Shown here in pieces: positions 29,574-38,675 of a stretch of 64,000 nucleotides of DNA (positions are counted from its first letter, which is position 1; the number at the start of each line of letters is the position of its first letter). Origin of the DNA: Sedimentisphaeraceae bacterium JB056. Its GTDB lineage: Bacteria > Planctomycetota > Phycisphaerae > Sedimentisphaerales > Sedimentisphaeraceae. Made by a program: the position numbers and the translations under genes. The notes under the pieces are model-generated. The model saw only the letters and a program-made list of their open reading frames with translations. It was not told where the DNA came from and searched no databases. The stretch lies in the NCBI GenBank assembly GCA_044440125.1, contig JBITAJ010000029.1:128001-192000 (forward strand), written 5' to 3'.

Positions 29574-30197
29574 CAACCGATAACTGATTTAATTCCTTTA
29601 CCGCCTTGAATCAAAAAAACTTCACGTTAAATGTCTTCTTTAATGATAATTGATAACTGTTAACTGAATTACGCCCTTCATGATAAAATATTATTCTCAA
29701 TTAACTTCGTGCATTTTCGTGTGATTCGTGGTTAAAAAAACCTTATTCAAAGCCTGTAAACCCATAAAACAGCAAGATACTGCCATGAATTTTCGGATTT
29801 TTTCAAATCACGTGAGACTTTTTCCTTTTTTACTCTGAAATTGACCAAAAATCGTTGAAAAGTGAGCAAAAAGCGCGCGTTTGGGCGCATTTGAGACCAC
29901 TTTTGCCTCAATTCAGGTCAAAAAAAGTTATACTATCCTGCTATTTGGGCGAAACTAAGTGTCCAAGTTGCTTGCATTTTCGCACAAAATCGCTCATCTA
30001 ACATAACTGCATCCGAAAAAAACAAAAAAATCTACGCTCCCCACTACCAACAGTACCGCACCCGCAAGGAAGCGGGCATACAACCACCATAACTTACTAT
30101 TTATCAACAACTTAATCTAATGACTGATCACTGTTAATTGTTAACTGGTCGCAATTCCTTATCATTGATAACTGTTAACTGCATAACTGATAATTGA
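29574..30197 (+). repeat. Clusters of 7-nt tandem repeats (consensus TAACTGW)
   Basis: Arrays at 29574-29587, 29641-29667, 30121-30148 and 30162-30197, all in the same orientation. Confidence 0.7.
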
Positions 30198-30470
30198 ATG
30201 CTTGCCTATCTTAAAAGCACAAACGCGCAAGTTGTTTTAAGTGTGTAAGAGTCTCTGTTTAATAGGATATCAACTATGTAAGCGATATAGATTGCATGAT
30301 TCTAATTCACTTTGGTTTATTCTTTGAATATGCGGCTGTATTGTTTATAATTCTGTTGCTTAAATACTTTAAATAACTTGACGCTGCCTGATGAATACAG
30401 ACCTGGTTAAATCTGTATTTGTTTATATTTTCGGTGGTGTCTAATGTGACAAAATGGAAGGATTATATAT

Positions 30471-31820
30471 ATGTCTGAAAGGAAACTTTTTGGTACTGAC
30501 GGCATAAGATGCAAGGCTAACTGCTATCCGCTTGACCCTCAAACAGTGGTAAAAATCGGTCAGGCCGCCGCCGTAACCGTTGGTAAAGATAAAAAACGCC
30601 CTGTTTTCGTTGTCGGCCGCGACAGTCGAATCTCCGGTTCCATCATCGAGTCGGCGCTAGTGGCGGGTTTATGTTCGATGGGAGCCGATGTGAAGCTGCT
30701 TGGTGTTGTGCCGACGCCTGCTGTTGCCGTGATAGCGAAGGCTGAAGGTGCTGATGCTGGTGTTGTAATAACCGCTTCACACAACCCCGCGGAAGATAAC
30801 GGTATTAAATTTTTCTCCGGCAAAGGCGTTAAACTGCCTGACGAGAAAGAGTTAGAGATTGAACAGCTTATATTTGCTGACAATTTTGACAGCGGCTCGC
30901 TGGCTCCTGCTGAGCTTGGCAGGGTGCAGGATTGGAGCTTCAAGGGTTATGAGTATGTCGATTTTATCATAAACGCGATTGAAGGAGTGGATCTTTCCGG
31001 CTTAAATATCGTGCTGGATTGTGCAAACGGGGCGGCTTGCAATATTGCTCCGGTGGTCTTCGAGAAGCTTGGGGCAAATGTTACGGTTATACACGCAAGC
31101 CCTGATGGTGTGAATATCAACGAGAATTGCGGCGCGATGCATCCCGAAAGCCTCGCGGATGAAGTTGCAAGGCTCAAAGCTGATATCGGGCTTGCCTTTG
31201 ACGGCGATGCCGACAGGCTGATTGTTGTTGACGAGAACGGCAAGATTGTTGACGGCGATACCATTATGTATATCATCGCTCTGGCACATAAAAAAGCAGG
31301 TAAGCTGGATAATGACACGCTTGTTGTTACCGATTATTCGAATCTGGCGCTTGATGCCAAGCTCAAGGAGGATGGGATCAACACGGTGCGAGTGGAAAAT
31401 GGCGACAGGTATGTGATTCAGGAGATGCTCAAGAGCGGGTATGTTGTCGGCGGCGAGAAGAGCGGGCATATTATTCTCGGGCGATACAATACTACCGGTG
31501 ACGGTGTGCTCAGTGCGGTGTATCTGGCAAATGCGGTCAGGCAGAGCGGGCGAAAGATATCGCAGCTCTCAGAAGAGCTTGTGTTCTTTCCGCAGGTGCT
31601 TGAGGCTGTTGAGGTTGGGCAAAAGACGCCGTTCGATGAGATTCCGGGGTACTGCGATCTCAAGGCCGAGATAGAAGGGGAGCTTGGCGACCAAGGGCGG
31701 CTGTTCGTTCGCTATTCGGGTACGCAGAATGTGTGCAGGATAATGCTTGAGGGCAAGGATCAGAAGCAGATAACCGATTTCAAAGACCGCGTAGTCGAGG
31801 TTTTTGAGGCGAATGTTTGA
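30471..31820 (+). CDS. glmM: Phosphoglucosamine mutase
   Basis: RKLFGTDGIR, TASHNP phosphoserine motif, FDGDADR, GGEKSGH, RYSGT. Confidence 0.95.
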   Translation: MSERKLFGTDGIRCKANCYPLDPQTVVKIGQAAAVTVGKDKKRPVFVVGRDSRISGSIIESALVAGLCSMGADVKLLGVVPTPAVAVIAKAEGADAGVVITASHNPAEDNGIKFFSGKGVKLPDEKELEIEQLIFADNFDSGSLAPAELGRVQDWSFKGYEYVDFIINAIEGVDLSGLNIVLDCANGAACNIAPVVFEKLGANVTVIHASPDGVNINENCGAMHPESLADEVARLKADIGLAFDGDADRLIVVDENGKIVDGDTIMYIIALAHKKAGKLDNDTLVVTDYSNLALDAKLKEDGINTVRVENGDRYVIQEMLKSGYVVGGEKSGHIILGRYNTTGDGVLSAVYLANAVRQSGRKISQLSEELVFFPQVLEAVEVGQKTPFDEIPGYCDLKAEIEGELGDQGRLFVRYSGTQNVCRIMLEGKDQKQITDFKDRVVEVFEANV

Positions 31821-31854
31821 TTGTATGTGTTGATTTTGTGGGAGTTTTAGAATC

Positions 31855-32910
31855 ATGAATCTGATATATGTAGCTAATGGTGATGTTGTTGAGGCGTATC
31901 CGCATACCGTTAACAAACCTCTTTCGCTTACGAAAATACTTGGCGGTACGGCTATTGAGCATAATCTGACGCAGGCGGCTGGGTTCTGCAAGCGGATAGT
32001 TGTAGTCGTGGGGTTTAAGTCGTCTATGATCCGCGGGCTTATAGGCGATAAGTTTGCCGGCAGACGTGTTGAGTATGTCGAGGTTATGCCCGATGCGTGC
32101 TATTCGGCTGTTGTCAAGGCGTGTCGGCAGTATTGTGAGGATGAGTTTATTATGCTCGATCACAAAAATCTCTACAGCAGCGTTGATGTTGAGGTGCTTG
32201 CGGAAAATCCCGGCAGCAGACTTGTTTGTGACAGTTGTCAGCTTAGCGGGCTTTCGTTTGAGGAGGGGATTGGAGAGCGGATTATTGCTGAAGGGTTTGA
32301 TTCTGTCGCCGGTTCGCTCAGGAGCGTTGGCGTGAAGGATTATTGTCTGCCGCTGGTCTACCCGTGGCATATACTTGAGGCTAACGTGTTTCTGCTCCGC
32401 CGGTTTGATAAATTCGGCGTTCACGGCACGGTTGAGCCAAATGCCACTATCAAGGGCGATGTGTATATCGGCAAAGGCACCGTTATCAAGGATTTCTGCT
32501 ACATTGAGGGGCCGGCCTTTATTGATGAGGGCTGCACAATCGGCCCGTTTGCCTATATCCGCAAGGATACGGTGATCGGCAAGGGGGTTCAGCTTGGCCG
32601 TATGGAGATGTATGATGTGGTGATTATGGATAATTTCACGTCAAAACATAACAGCTATGCGGGGCATTCTGTAATCGGCGAAGGCGGCAACTTCGGAGCC
32701 GGAACCATCACCAGCGATTATCGCCACGACGGCGGCAACCATACTACGCTTGTCGGCGGCAAAAAAGTAGATACCGGCCGCCGTAAACTCGGCGCGTTCC
32801 TAGGCGATAATGTCAATACCGGCATTGGGACGCTTATCTATCCCGGCAGAAAGATATACCCAGGAGGCTCAACCCTGCCGGGCGAAGTAGTGAAAGCCGA
32901 CAAGAAATAA
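31855..32910 (+). CDS. GlmU-like (archaeal-type) protein: degenerate nucleotidyltransferase domain + left-handed beta-helix acetyltransferase
   Basis: YPWHILEAN linker, hexapeptide repeats, HNSYAGHSVIG...NFGAGTIT...DTGRRKLGAFLGD; N-terminal GxGxR motif absent. Confidence 0.8.
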   Translation: MNLIYVANGDVVEAYPHTVNKPLSLTKILGGTAIEHNLTQAAGFCKRIVVVVGFKSSMIRGLIGDKFAGRRVEYVEVMPDACYSAVVKACRQYCEDEFIMLDHKNLYSSVDVEVLAENPGSRLVCDSCQLSGLSFEEGIGERIIAEGFDSVAGSLRSVGVKDYCLPLVYPWHILEANVFLLRRFDKFGVHGTVEPNATIKGDVYIGKGTVIKDFCYIEGPAFIDEGCTIGPFAYIRKDTVIGKGVQLGRMEMYDVVIMDNFTSKHNSYAGHSVIGEGGNFGAGTITSDYRHDGGNHTTLVGGKKVDTGRRKLGAFLGDNVNTGIGTLIYPGRKIYPGGSTLPGEVVKADKK

Positions 32911-33063
32911 AGAGAAGCTTATTCCAACAGGCGGCGGGCTTATGGTTTGCGGCCTGTTGAATTTTTCAGTGATTTTGAGATTGCTTCAGGTGGTTATAAA
33001 AATATAAAATGCTTGAAAAAGGCGAGTTTTTCGTTAATATACCCTATCTCAAAATTTAATAAT

Positions 33064-33137
<74 letters not shown>

Positions 33138-33146
33138 CTGATGAAG

Positions 33147-33201
33147 AAACCCTGTTTTTGATGTCGAAATCACTGTTTTCAGTATCAAGAGCAGGGTTTT
33201 T
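33147..33201 (+). terminator. Long hairpin/terminator downstream of tRNA
   Basis: AAACCCTGTTTTTGAT ... ATCAAGAGCAGGGTTTTT. Confidence 0.6.
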
Positions 33202-33550
33202 GTGTTTCATTATTTCCTCTGAAACAGCGTGGGGTGCAAAAATACATCCGTTACCAAGTCTTTGCTTTTTAATGGTTAATTGTTTTAATTTGAGCTGTTT
33301 TTTAATACTCAATGCATAATAATTACGTTAGTGTTTTTGCACTCTACGACCATAAATTTACTTTTGCTATTTATCATCCTAGTCTTATAAGAATTATTTG
33401 TATCCACTGCAAATCTTTGTACCTTCAACCAAATTCAAATGATACGGGACGCGTTTAAGAATGTTTGATATTACGAAATTTCAAGCTGCTCAAAATGTGT
33501 TTCTGTGATTAAGTAAATCTGAATGAGTTTATACCGTATGTAGCTTGATT

Positions 33551-33564
33551 TATGGTATACCATA
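33551..33564. promoter_or_regulatory. Candidate GntR operator 1a
   Basis: Perfect palindrome TATGGTATACCATA. Confidence 0.65.
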
Positions 33565-33699
33565 TACATGATGTATGTTCTGTTTTGAATATTTACTTAC
33601 TTTTACGCTGTGGATATTTTGAGTTTTAGACTTGTAAATTCTTTTTATATAGGATTTTATGTATAAAGATTTGGCTTGTTTGGTATTTTGTTTTTTAAC

Positions 33700-33737
33700 T
33701 TGACATGTTTTTGAGTCTTTATATACTTGGTATACCA
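33700..33737 (+). promoter_or_regulatory. Promoter plus candidate GntR operator 1b
   Basis: TTGACA-16-TATACT immediately followed by palindrome TGGTATACCA (33728-33737). Confidence 0.7.
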
Positions 33738-33766
33738 TTGAAGTTTGTTATGTAAGGCTATTAAAT

Positions 33767-34459
33767 ATGATCTTAAAATCTGATGACAAAAAAAATGAAA
33801 CGACTGTAACTCGTCAGGATTATGCTTACAAAGAGTTGAAGCTGATGATTGCAAATGGGATAATTTCTAAAGAGGAGCGTTTGGTTGAAAGACAGGTGTC
33901 TGAAGCGTTAGGCCTTAGCCGCGTTCCTGTCAGGGAAGCTTTGCTGAGGCTAAATGCAGAAGGAGTACTTGTTTCTCTGCCTAAAGGAGGTTTCATGGTA
34001 AAGCGATACAGTGATAAGGAAATTGTCGAGCTTTACCAATTGAGAGATGCTGTTGAAAGTTATTCGGCTAAGTTAGCAGCTGAAAAAGACTCCAATGACG
34101 ACATAAAAGTGTGTATAAATATACATTCAAAACTCGAAAAATTGAGAGGTACAGGATTGAAATATTCAGAATATGACGAGCTTTTCCACCGTTCGATATT
34201 AAAAGCTGGTGGTAACGATCGTATGACTGAAATATTTGACATCTTACATTATCAGCATGTTTGTTTTACGGTTAAAGATATAGGTATCAGAAGTGAAACC
34301 GGAAGCCTGGATGAAGTTATAGAGAGTCATTCCAAAATATTAGAAGCTATAAAAAGGCATGATGGTGAAGCCGCGGCTGCTGCTATGAGTGAGCACATCA
34401 ACAAGGCTATGAAGGGTTATCTGAGAAGGAAAGAAGAAAGCAAGCTTCAGAAAGTCTGA
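33767..34459 (+). CDS. GntR family transcriptional regulator (FCD domain)
   Basis: wHTH 'ERLVERQVSEALGLSRVPVREAL'; FCD 'DELFHRSI...H..ILEAI...HI'. Confidence 0.95.
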   Translation: MILKSDDKKNETTVTRQDYAYKELKLMIANGIISKEERLVERQVSEALGLSRVPVREALLRLNAEGVLVSLPKGGFMVKRYSDKEIVELYQLRDAVESYSAKLAAEKDSNDDIKVCINIHSKLEKLRGTGLKYSEYDELFHRSILKAGGNDRMTEIFDILHYQHVCFTVKDIGIRSETGSLDEVIESHSKILEAIKRHDGEAAAAAMSEHINKAMKGYLRRKEESKLQKV

Positions 34460-34558
34460 AACTGAAATTGTGGAATAATATCCTACTTAGCTTCTGAGCT
34501 TTGCCTATAAGCATATCTTGTTAATTTATGATTTTTATTCATATACTATGAAAGGTTA

Positions 34559-35494
34559 ATGATGACAGAATTTAAATATGAACCATCCCTGTATGTTCCG
34601 TTCAGAGATAAGGAAGTAGTTGCAAGATGCAGGGCGATCAAAAGAGAAGACATTGCCAAGCATCCTAATCCTAATTACAGAATCCATGTGCTCAAAGATG
34701 GTGATATGGCCTGGAACCAGGTTACTGATATATTTCGTCGTATTAAAGAGTCCGGTGATAAAGGGGAAAAGCTTGTAATGATCCTGCCGAATCCCAATCC
34801 GCTTTATCGTAAAGTTGCCGCATTGATCAATGCATGCAGGGTCGATTGCAGCAATATTTACGCATTTGCGATGGATGAGTATGCCGATCAGGACGGAAAC
34901 ATTGCTCCTGAGGATTGGCCCTACGGTTTTACATACGCTATGATGAATAACTTTTATTATCAGATAGATGAAGATCTAAGGCCTGCGAAAGATCATTTTG
35001 TCGGTTTTAATAACTCTAATCTGAATGATTTTGAGAAAATGATAGCCGATCTTGGCGGAGCCGACATCTGCTATAGCGGCCCCGGCTGGACTGGCCATTT
35101 AGCCTTTATTGAGCCTGATGCCCCTGAATTTGATGCACCTCTTGAAGAATGGAAACAGATGGGACCGAGGATCGTAACCCTGAGTCCGTTTACTCTTGCC
35201 CAAAATTCGCTTCACGGCATATTTGGTAAAAGCGGGGATCTCTCTGCCGTACCGCCCAAGGCAGCTACTATTGGGCCTAAGCAGGTTATTGAAGCCAAGC
35301 AGAGATACGATAATCATGCCTTGAGTATTCACGGCACAAGTACGTCATGGCAAAGAATGATGACGCGACTTGTTCTTCACGGGCCTGTTACTCCTAAGAT
35401 TCCCGAGTCTATACTTCAGACTTTGGATACCGATGTTTATGTGTCGGAAAATGCTGCCGCAAATATAGAGACTGACTGGGAGAAAGGCTATTAA
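34559..35494 (+). CDS. NagB-like sugar-phosphate deaminase/isomerase family protein
   Basis: FAMDEY, GGADICYSGPGWTGHLAFIEP, 'VPPKAATIG', 'GPVT..IP.SILQ' NagB-like motifs. Confidence 0.7.
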   Translation: MMTEFKYEPSLYVPFRDKEVVARCRAIKREDIAKHPNPNYRIHVLKDGDMAWNQVTDIFRRIKESGDKGEKLVMILPNPNPLYRKVAALINACRVDCSNIYAFAMDEYADQDGNIAPEDWPYGFTYAMMNNFYYQIDEDLRPAKDHFVGFNNSNLNDFEKMIADLGGADICYSGPGWTGHLAFIEPDAPEFDAPLEEWKQMGPRIVTLSPFTLAQNSLHGIFGKSGDLSAVPPKAATIGPKQVIEAKQRYDNHALSIHGTSTSWQRMMTRLVLHGPVTPKIPESILQTLDTDVYVSENAAANIETDWEKGY

Positions 35495-35495
35495 A

Positions 35496-36818
35496 ATGTC
35501 CGATACTCTTAAAGCGGGCGCATCTCAGGTAGATATCAGCCCTAAAGATTCACAATTTTTATATGGCTATCCCCATGTCGAAAGATACAGCACGGGAATA
35601 CACGACAGAATCCAAAGCTCTTCACTATATCTCAATGATGGTGAGCATGAGGTTCTTTTTATCGCTAATGATATCATTTATCTTACCAAAAAAGTTACCG
35701 ACGAGGTAAAAGAGATAATAGAAAAGCAAACCGGGATATCGAAGCGTAACATAGTTATAACGGCTACGCATACTCATTCGGGGCCTTCTGTTTCCAAACA
35801 TCTCAATAATCGTGCCGATAAGGCAGTACCTGAGCCGGATGCCGGCTATGTTTCGTTCCTAAAAGAGATGATAGTTAAATCCGCTGTGAATGCCTGCAAA
35901 AGTATTGCCTCGGCTGAGCTGGGTTTCTCCGTTGCCGACAGTACGGGGATAGGCACCAATCGCAGGGATCCTGAAGGCGTTAGTGATCACCAGGTTCCGG
36001 TAATGGTTGTTAGAAACTCTCAAACCAAGGAATATATCGCATGTATGTTGGTTTGTTCGATGCATCCCACTGTTCTGCATGAAGACTCGACTCTTGTCAG
36101 CGGGGATTTCCCGGGGATGTCTCGTAAATATCTTCAGGAGACTGTTTTTGGGAAAGATTGCCCGGTTCTGCATCATACAGGCCCGGCAGGTAATCAGAGC
36201 CCCAGACATATAACAAAAGCAAATACTTTCGAAGAGGCAATACGTTTAGGCGAGATGCTCGGAAGGTCTGTAAAAAGTGCTATTCTGAGCGTAAAATATA
36301 AAAGGGATATGAATATTTCACTCAAAAGTAAGGTTTTGGATGATCTGCCGAGAAAGGTTTTTCCTTCAGTAGAATTATCAGAATTGAAACTTGCCAATGC
36401 CGTAGATACTTTATCTGAGCTACGCAAAAAAAATGCTTCTAAACAGCAGATAAGAACGGCTGAATGCGATTGGTTCGGTGCAGAAGAAAGTCTCACTTTA
36501 TCAAAAGCAGCGATTGACGGTTCATTGGAAGAAGCTTATAAAAACCTCTTACCTGTAACAATACACTTGGTAAGTATAGGGAATTATAATTTCGTTTTCT
36601 GGCCTGGTGAGATATTTGTGGAATACGCATTGGAAGTTAAAAGCAAATGCCCGAATACTTTTGTAGTTTCGCTTGCAAATCAGCAGCTTCAGGGTTATAT
36701 AGTTACCCAGGAAGCTTTTGTGCAGGGAGGATACGAAGCATCCAACTCACTTTTCGCATGGCAAACTGGTCAGGTTTTTGTTGATGAAACTTTAGAACTT
36801 TTGCAAACTTGCGGTTAA
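35496..36818 (+). CDS. Neutral/alkaline ceramidase-like amidohydrolase family protein
   Basis: DISP...GIHD...ATHTHSGP, HPTVL...SGDFPG, PGEIFVEY...GYI...GGYE. Confidence 0.75.
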   Translation: MSDTLKAGASQVDISPKDSQFLYGYPHVERYSTGIHDRIQSSSLYLNDGEHEVLFIANDIIYLTKKVTDEVKEIIEKQTGISKRNIVITATHTHSGPSVSKHLNNRADKAVPEPDAGYVSFLKEMIVKSAVNACKSIASAELGFSVADSTGIGTNRRDPEGVSDHQVPVMVVRNSQTKEYIACMLVCSMHPTVLHEDSTLVSGDFPGMSRKYLQETVFGKDCPVLHHTGPAGNQSPRHITKANTFEEAIRLGEMLGRSVKSAILSVKYKRDMNISLKSKVLDDLPRKVFPSVELSELKLANAVDTLSELRKKNASKQQIRTAECDWFGAEESLTLSKAAIDGSLEEAYKNLLPVTIHLVSIGNYNFVFWPGEIFVEYALEVKSKCPNTFVVSLANQQLQGYIVTQEAFVQGGYEASNSLFAWQTGQVFVDETLELLQTCG

Positions 36819-36891
36819 CTTTTAAAATATGATATCTTAGTTTTGGATAATTTTTACTAAACGTTTACGGCAGAAATAAAGGACTTATAAA

Positions 36892-37806
36892 ATGTTAAAG
36901 ATAGGAATGATAGGTTTAAGCGATGGTAACGGTCATCCTTATTCATGGTCGGCGATAGTCAACGGCAAGTATGAACCGCAATTAATGAAAGATTGCGGAT
37001 TTCCTACTATACCTGCTTATCTTGGGGCGAACTCTCACCTGCTTGGGATTGAAGGTGCGAAGATAACACATTTGTGGACCCAAGATGCATCTGTTTCAAA
37101 ACATGTCTCTCAAGCCTCATGCATCGATAACGTTGTATCTGATATTAGAGATATGATCGGCGAGGTGGATGCAGTACTTCTTGCCAGAGACGATCCGGAA
37201 AATCACAGACAAATGGCAGAGCCGTTCATTGATGCCGATATTCCGATTTTCATTGATAAGCCCCTTGCCTTTTGCAGAGATGATCTTGCTTACTTTTCGC
37301 AAAAGGTAGAGCAAGGTAAGTTTGTAATGTCTTGTTCGGCCCTTAGATACTCGGCGGGGAATCAAAGCTTTAGCGATAAGCTTGATAGCATCGGCGAGGT
37401 AAAGCTGGCTGTTGCCGTTGGTCCTAAGGATTTGCGAAAATATGCCGTACACTATATTGAAGGAATGATAGCTTTTCTCGGTGATCCGGCCATTGAGTCT
37501 GTCCGGCATATAAGTGAAAGCGGTAAAGATGTTATTTATCTGGAACTTGCTAACGGGATGCTTGCCACGGTTCATGTGTTTAAAGGCATCACATCGGGTG
37601 AACTGAATATATATGGCGACAAAGGCACACTGAATATCGTTCACGGCGGTGCGTTTATTTCTTTCAGATCACAACTTATTGAGGCGGTCAAGTCGTTCAA
37701 AGAAGGCAAACCCAGACTCGATTTCTCAAAGACCTACAATATAATCAATGCATTGGTGGGTGCCAGAGAGAGCCTTGAACAAGGCGGGAAAAAGATAAAT
37801 CTGTAA
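36892..37806 (+). CDS. Gfo/Idh/MocA-like oxidoreductase
   Basis: Rossmann KIGMIG, IFIDKPLA, SALRY, YAVHYIE. Confidence 0.8.
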   Translation: MLKIGMIGLSDGNGHPYSWSAIVNGKYEPQLMKDCGFPTIPAYLGANSHLLGIEGAKITHLWTQDASVSKHVSQASCIDNVVSDIRDMIGEVDAVLLARDDPENHRQMAEPFIDADIPIFIDKPLAFCRDDLAYFSQKVEQGKFVMSCSALRYSAGNQSFSDKLDSIGEVKLAVAVGPKDLRKYAVHYIEGMIAFLGDPAIESVRHISESGKDVIYLELANGMLATVHVFKGITSGELNIYGDKGTLNIVHGGAFISFRSQLIEAVKSFKEGKPRLDFSKTYNIINALVGARESLEQGGKKINL

Positions 37807-37826
37807 TAAGTGTTGAAAGCATAACA

Positions 37827-38642
37827 ATGAAATACGATATTAAAAACCTCTTCGATCTTAGAGGCAAGGTTGCCGTGGTAACCGGCGGAGCGGGATGGCT
37901 TGGCAGATCAATGAGTGAAGCCTTGGCAGAACTGGGGGCTGTGGTGATAATCATTGACAAAAGTCGCGATGCTGTAGATTCGGCCCTTGCTGAATTTGAG
38001 AAGTCAAAAGCTGAGGTTTATGGTGTTATAGCTGATACGATAAGTGATGAAACAGAAATACGTAAGATTATAGATGATGTTTATGACAGGCATAAGAGGC
38101 TTGATATACTTGTGAACTGTGCGGTGAAGACATCAGCTGATCTTATTGATAAAGTCGGCTATAAGCATTTTGCCGAAAATAGCAAAAATTCGGCATCCTA
38201 TGTTGTATTGTCTCAGCAGGCGGCCAAATACATGCGAAAAAATGAATCGGGTGGTTCGATCATTAATATAGCCAGTATGTACGGCACAGTTACCGGCTAT
38301 CCGGATGTTTATGAGGGATTGACGCCGCCTAACCCTATAACATATCAGGCGGATAAGGCCGCAGTTATTCAGATAACAAAGCATATGGCGGTTTATTATG
38401 CCAAAGATGGCATAAGAGTTAATTCTATAAGCCCCGGTCCGTTTCCTAATTCGAGTAAAAAATTCTATGCGGAAAATCCGAAGACAAAAGAGTTTTTAAA
38501 AAGACTTGAACAGAGAGTGCCTATGAAACGCTATGGCAAGCCCTATGAGATCAAAGGCGCTGTTGCACTGCTGGCGAGCCAGGCGTCAAGCTTTATGACC
38601 GGCCAGAATATACATGTCGATGGCGGCTGGACAATATGGTAA
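37827..38642 (+). CDS. SDR family oxidoreductase
   Basis: TGGAGWLG, NIASMYG, YQADK, RVNSISPG, VDGG. Confidence 0.92.
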   Translation: MKYDIKNLFDLRGKVAVVTGGAGWLGRSMSEALAELGAVVIIIDKSRDAVDSALAEFEKSKAEVYGVIADTISDETEIRKIIDDVYDRHKRLDILVNCAVKTSADLIDKVGYKHFAENSKNSASYVVLSQQAAKYMRKNESGGSIINIASMYGTVTGYPDVYEGLTPPNPITYQADKAAVIQITKHMAVYYAKDGIRVNSISPGPFPNSSKKFYAENPKTKEFLKRLEQRVPMKRYGKPYEIKGAVALLASQASSFMTGQNIHVDGGWTIW

Positions 38643-38675
38643 ATATGAACAAGATTTTTTAATAAAGGGTTTGAT

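Noticed and set aside
29785..30000. Possible frameshifted small ORF in the non-coding stretch
   Set aside because: Stops early after a T-run, and the joined translation resembles nothing I recognise.
30136..30146. ATTGTTAAC match to the GntR2 operator
   Set aside because: Arises from the 7-nt tandem repeats and lacks the TGTTGAC second half.
27600..30200. Possible CRISPR array in the repeat-rich region
   Set aside because: Repeats are short-period and degenerate, with no constant repeat-spacer structure and no cas genes.
30360..30470. glmS ribozyme upstream of glmM
   Set aside because: Conserved glmS core sequences not seen; kept only as a generic structured leader.
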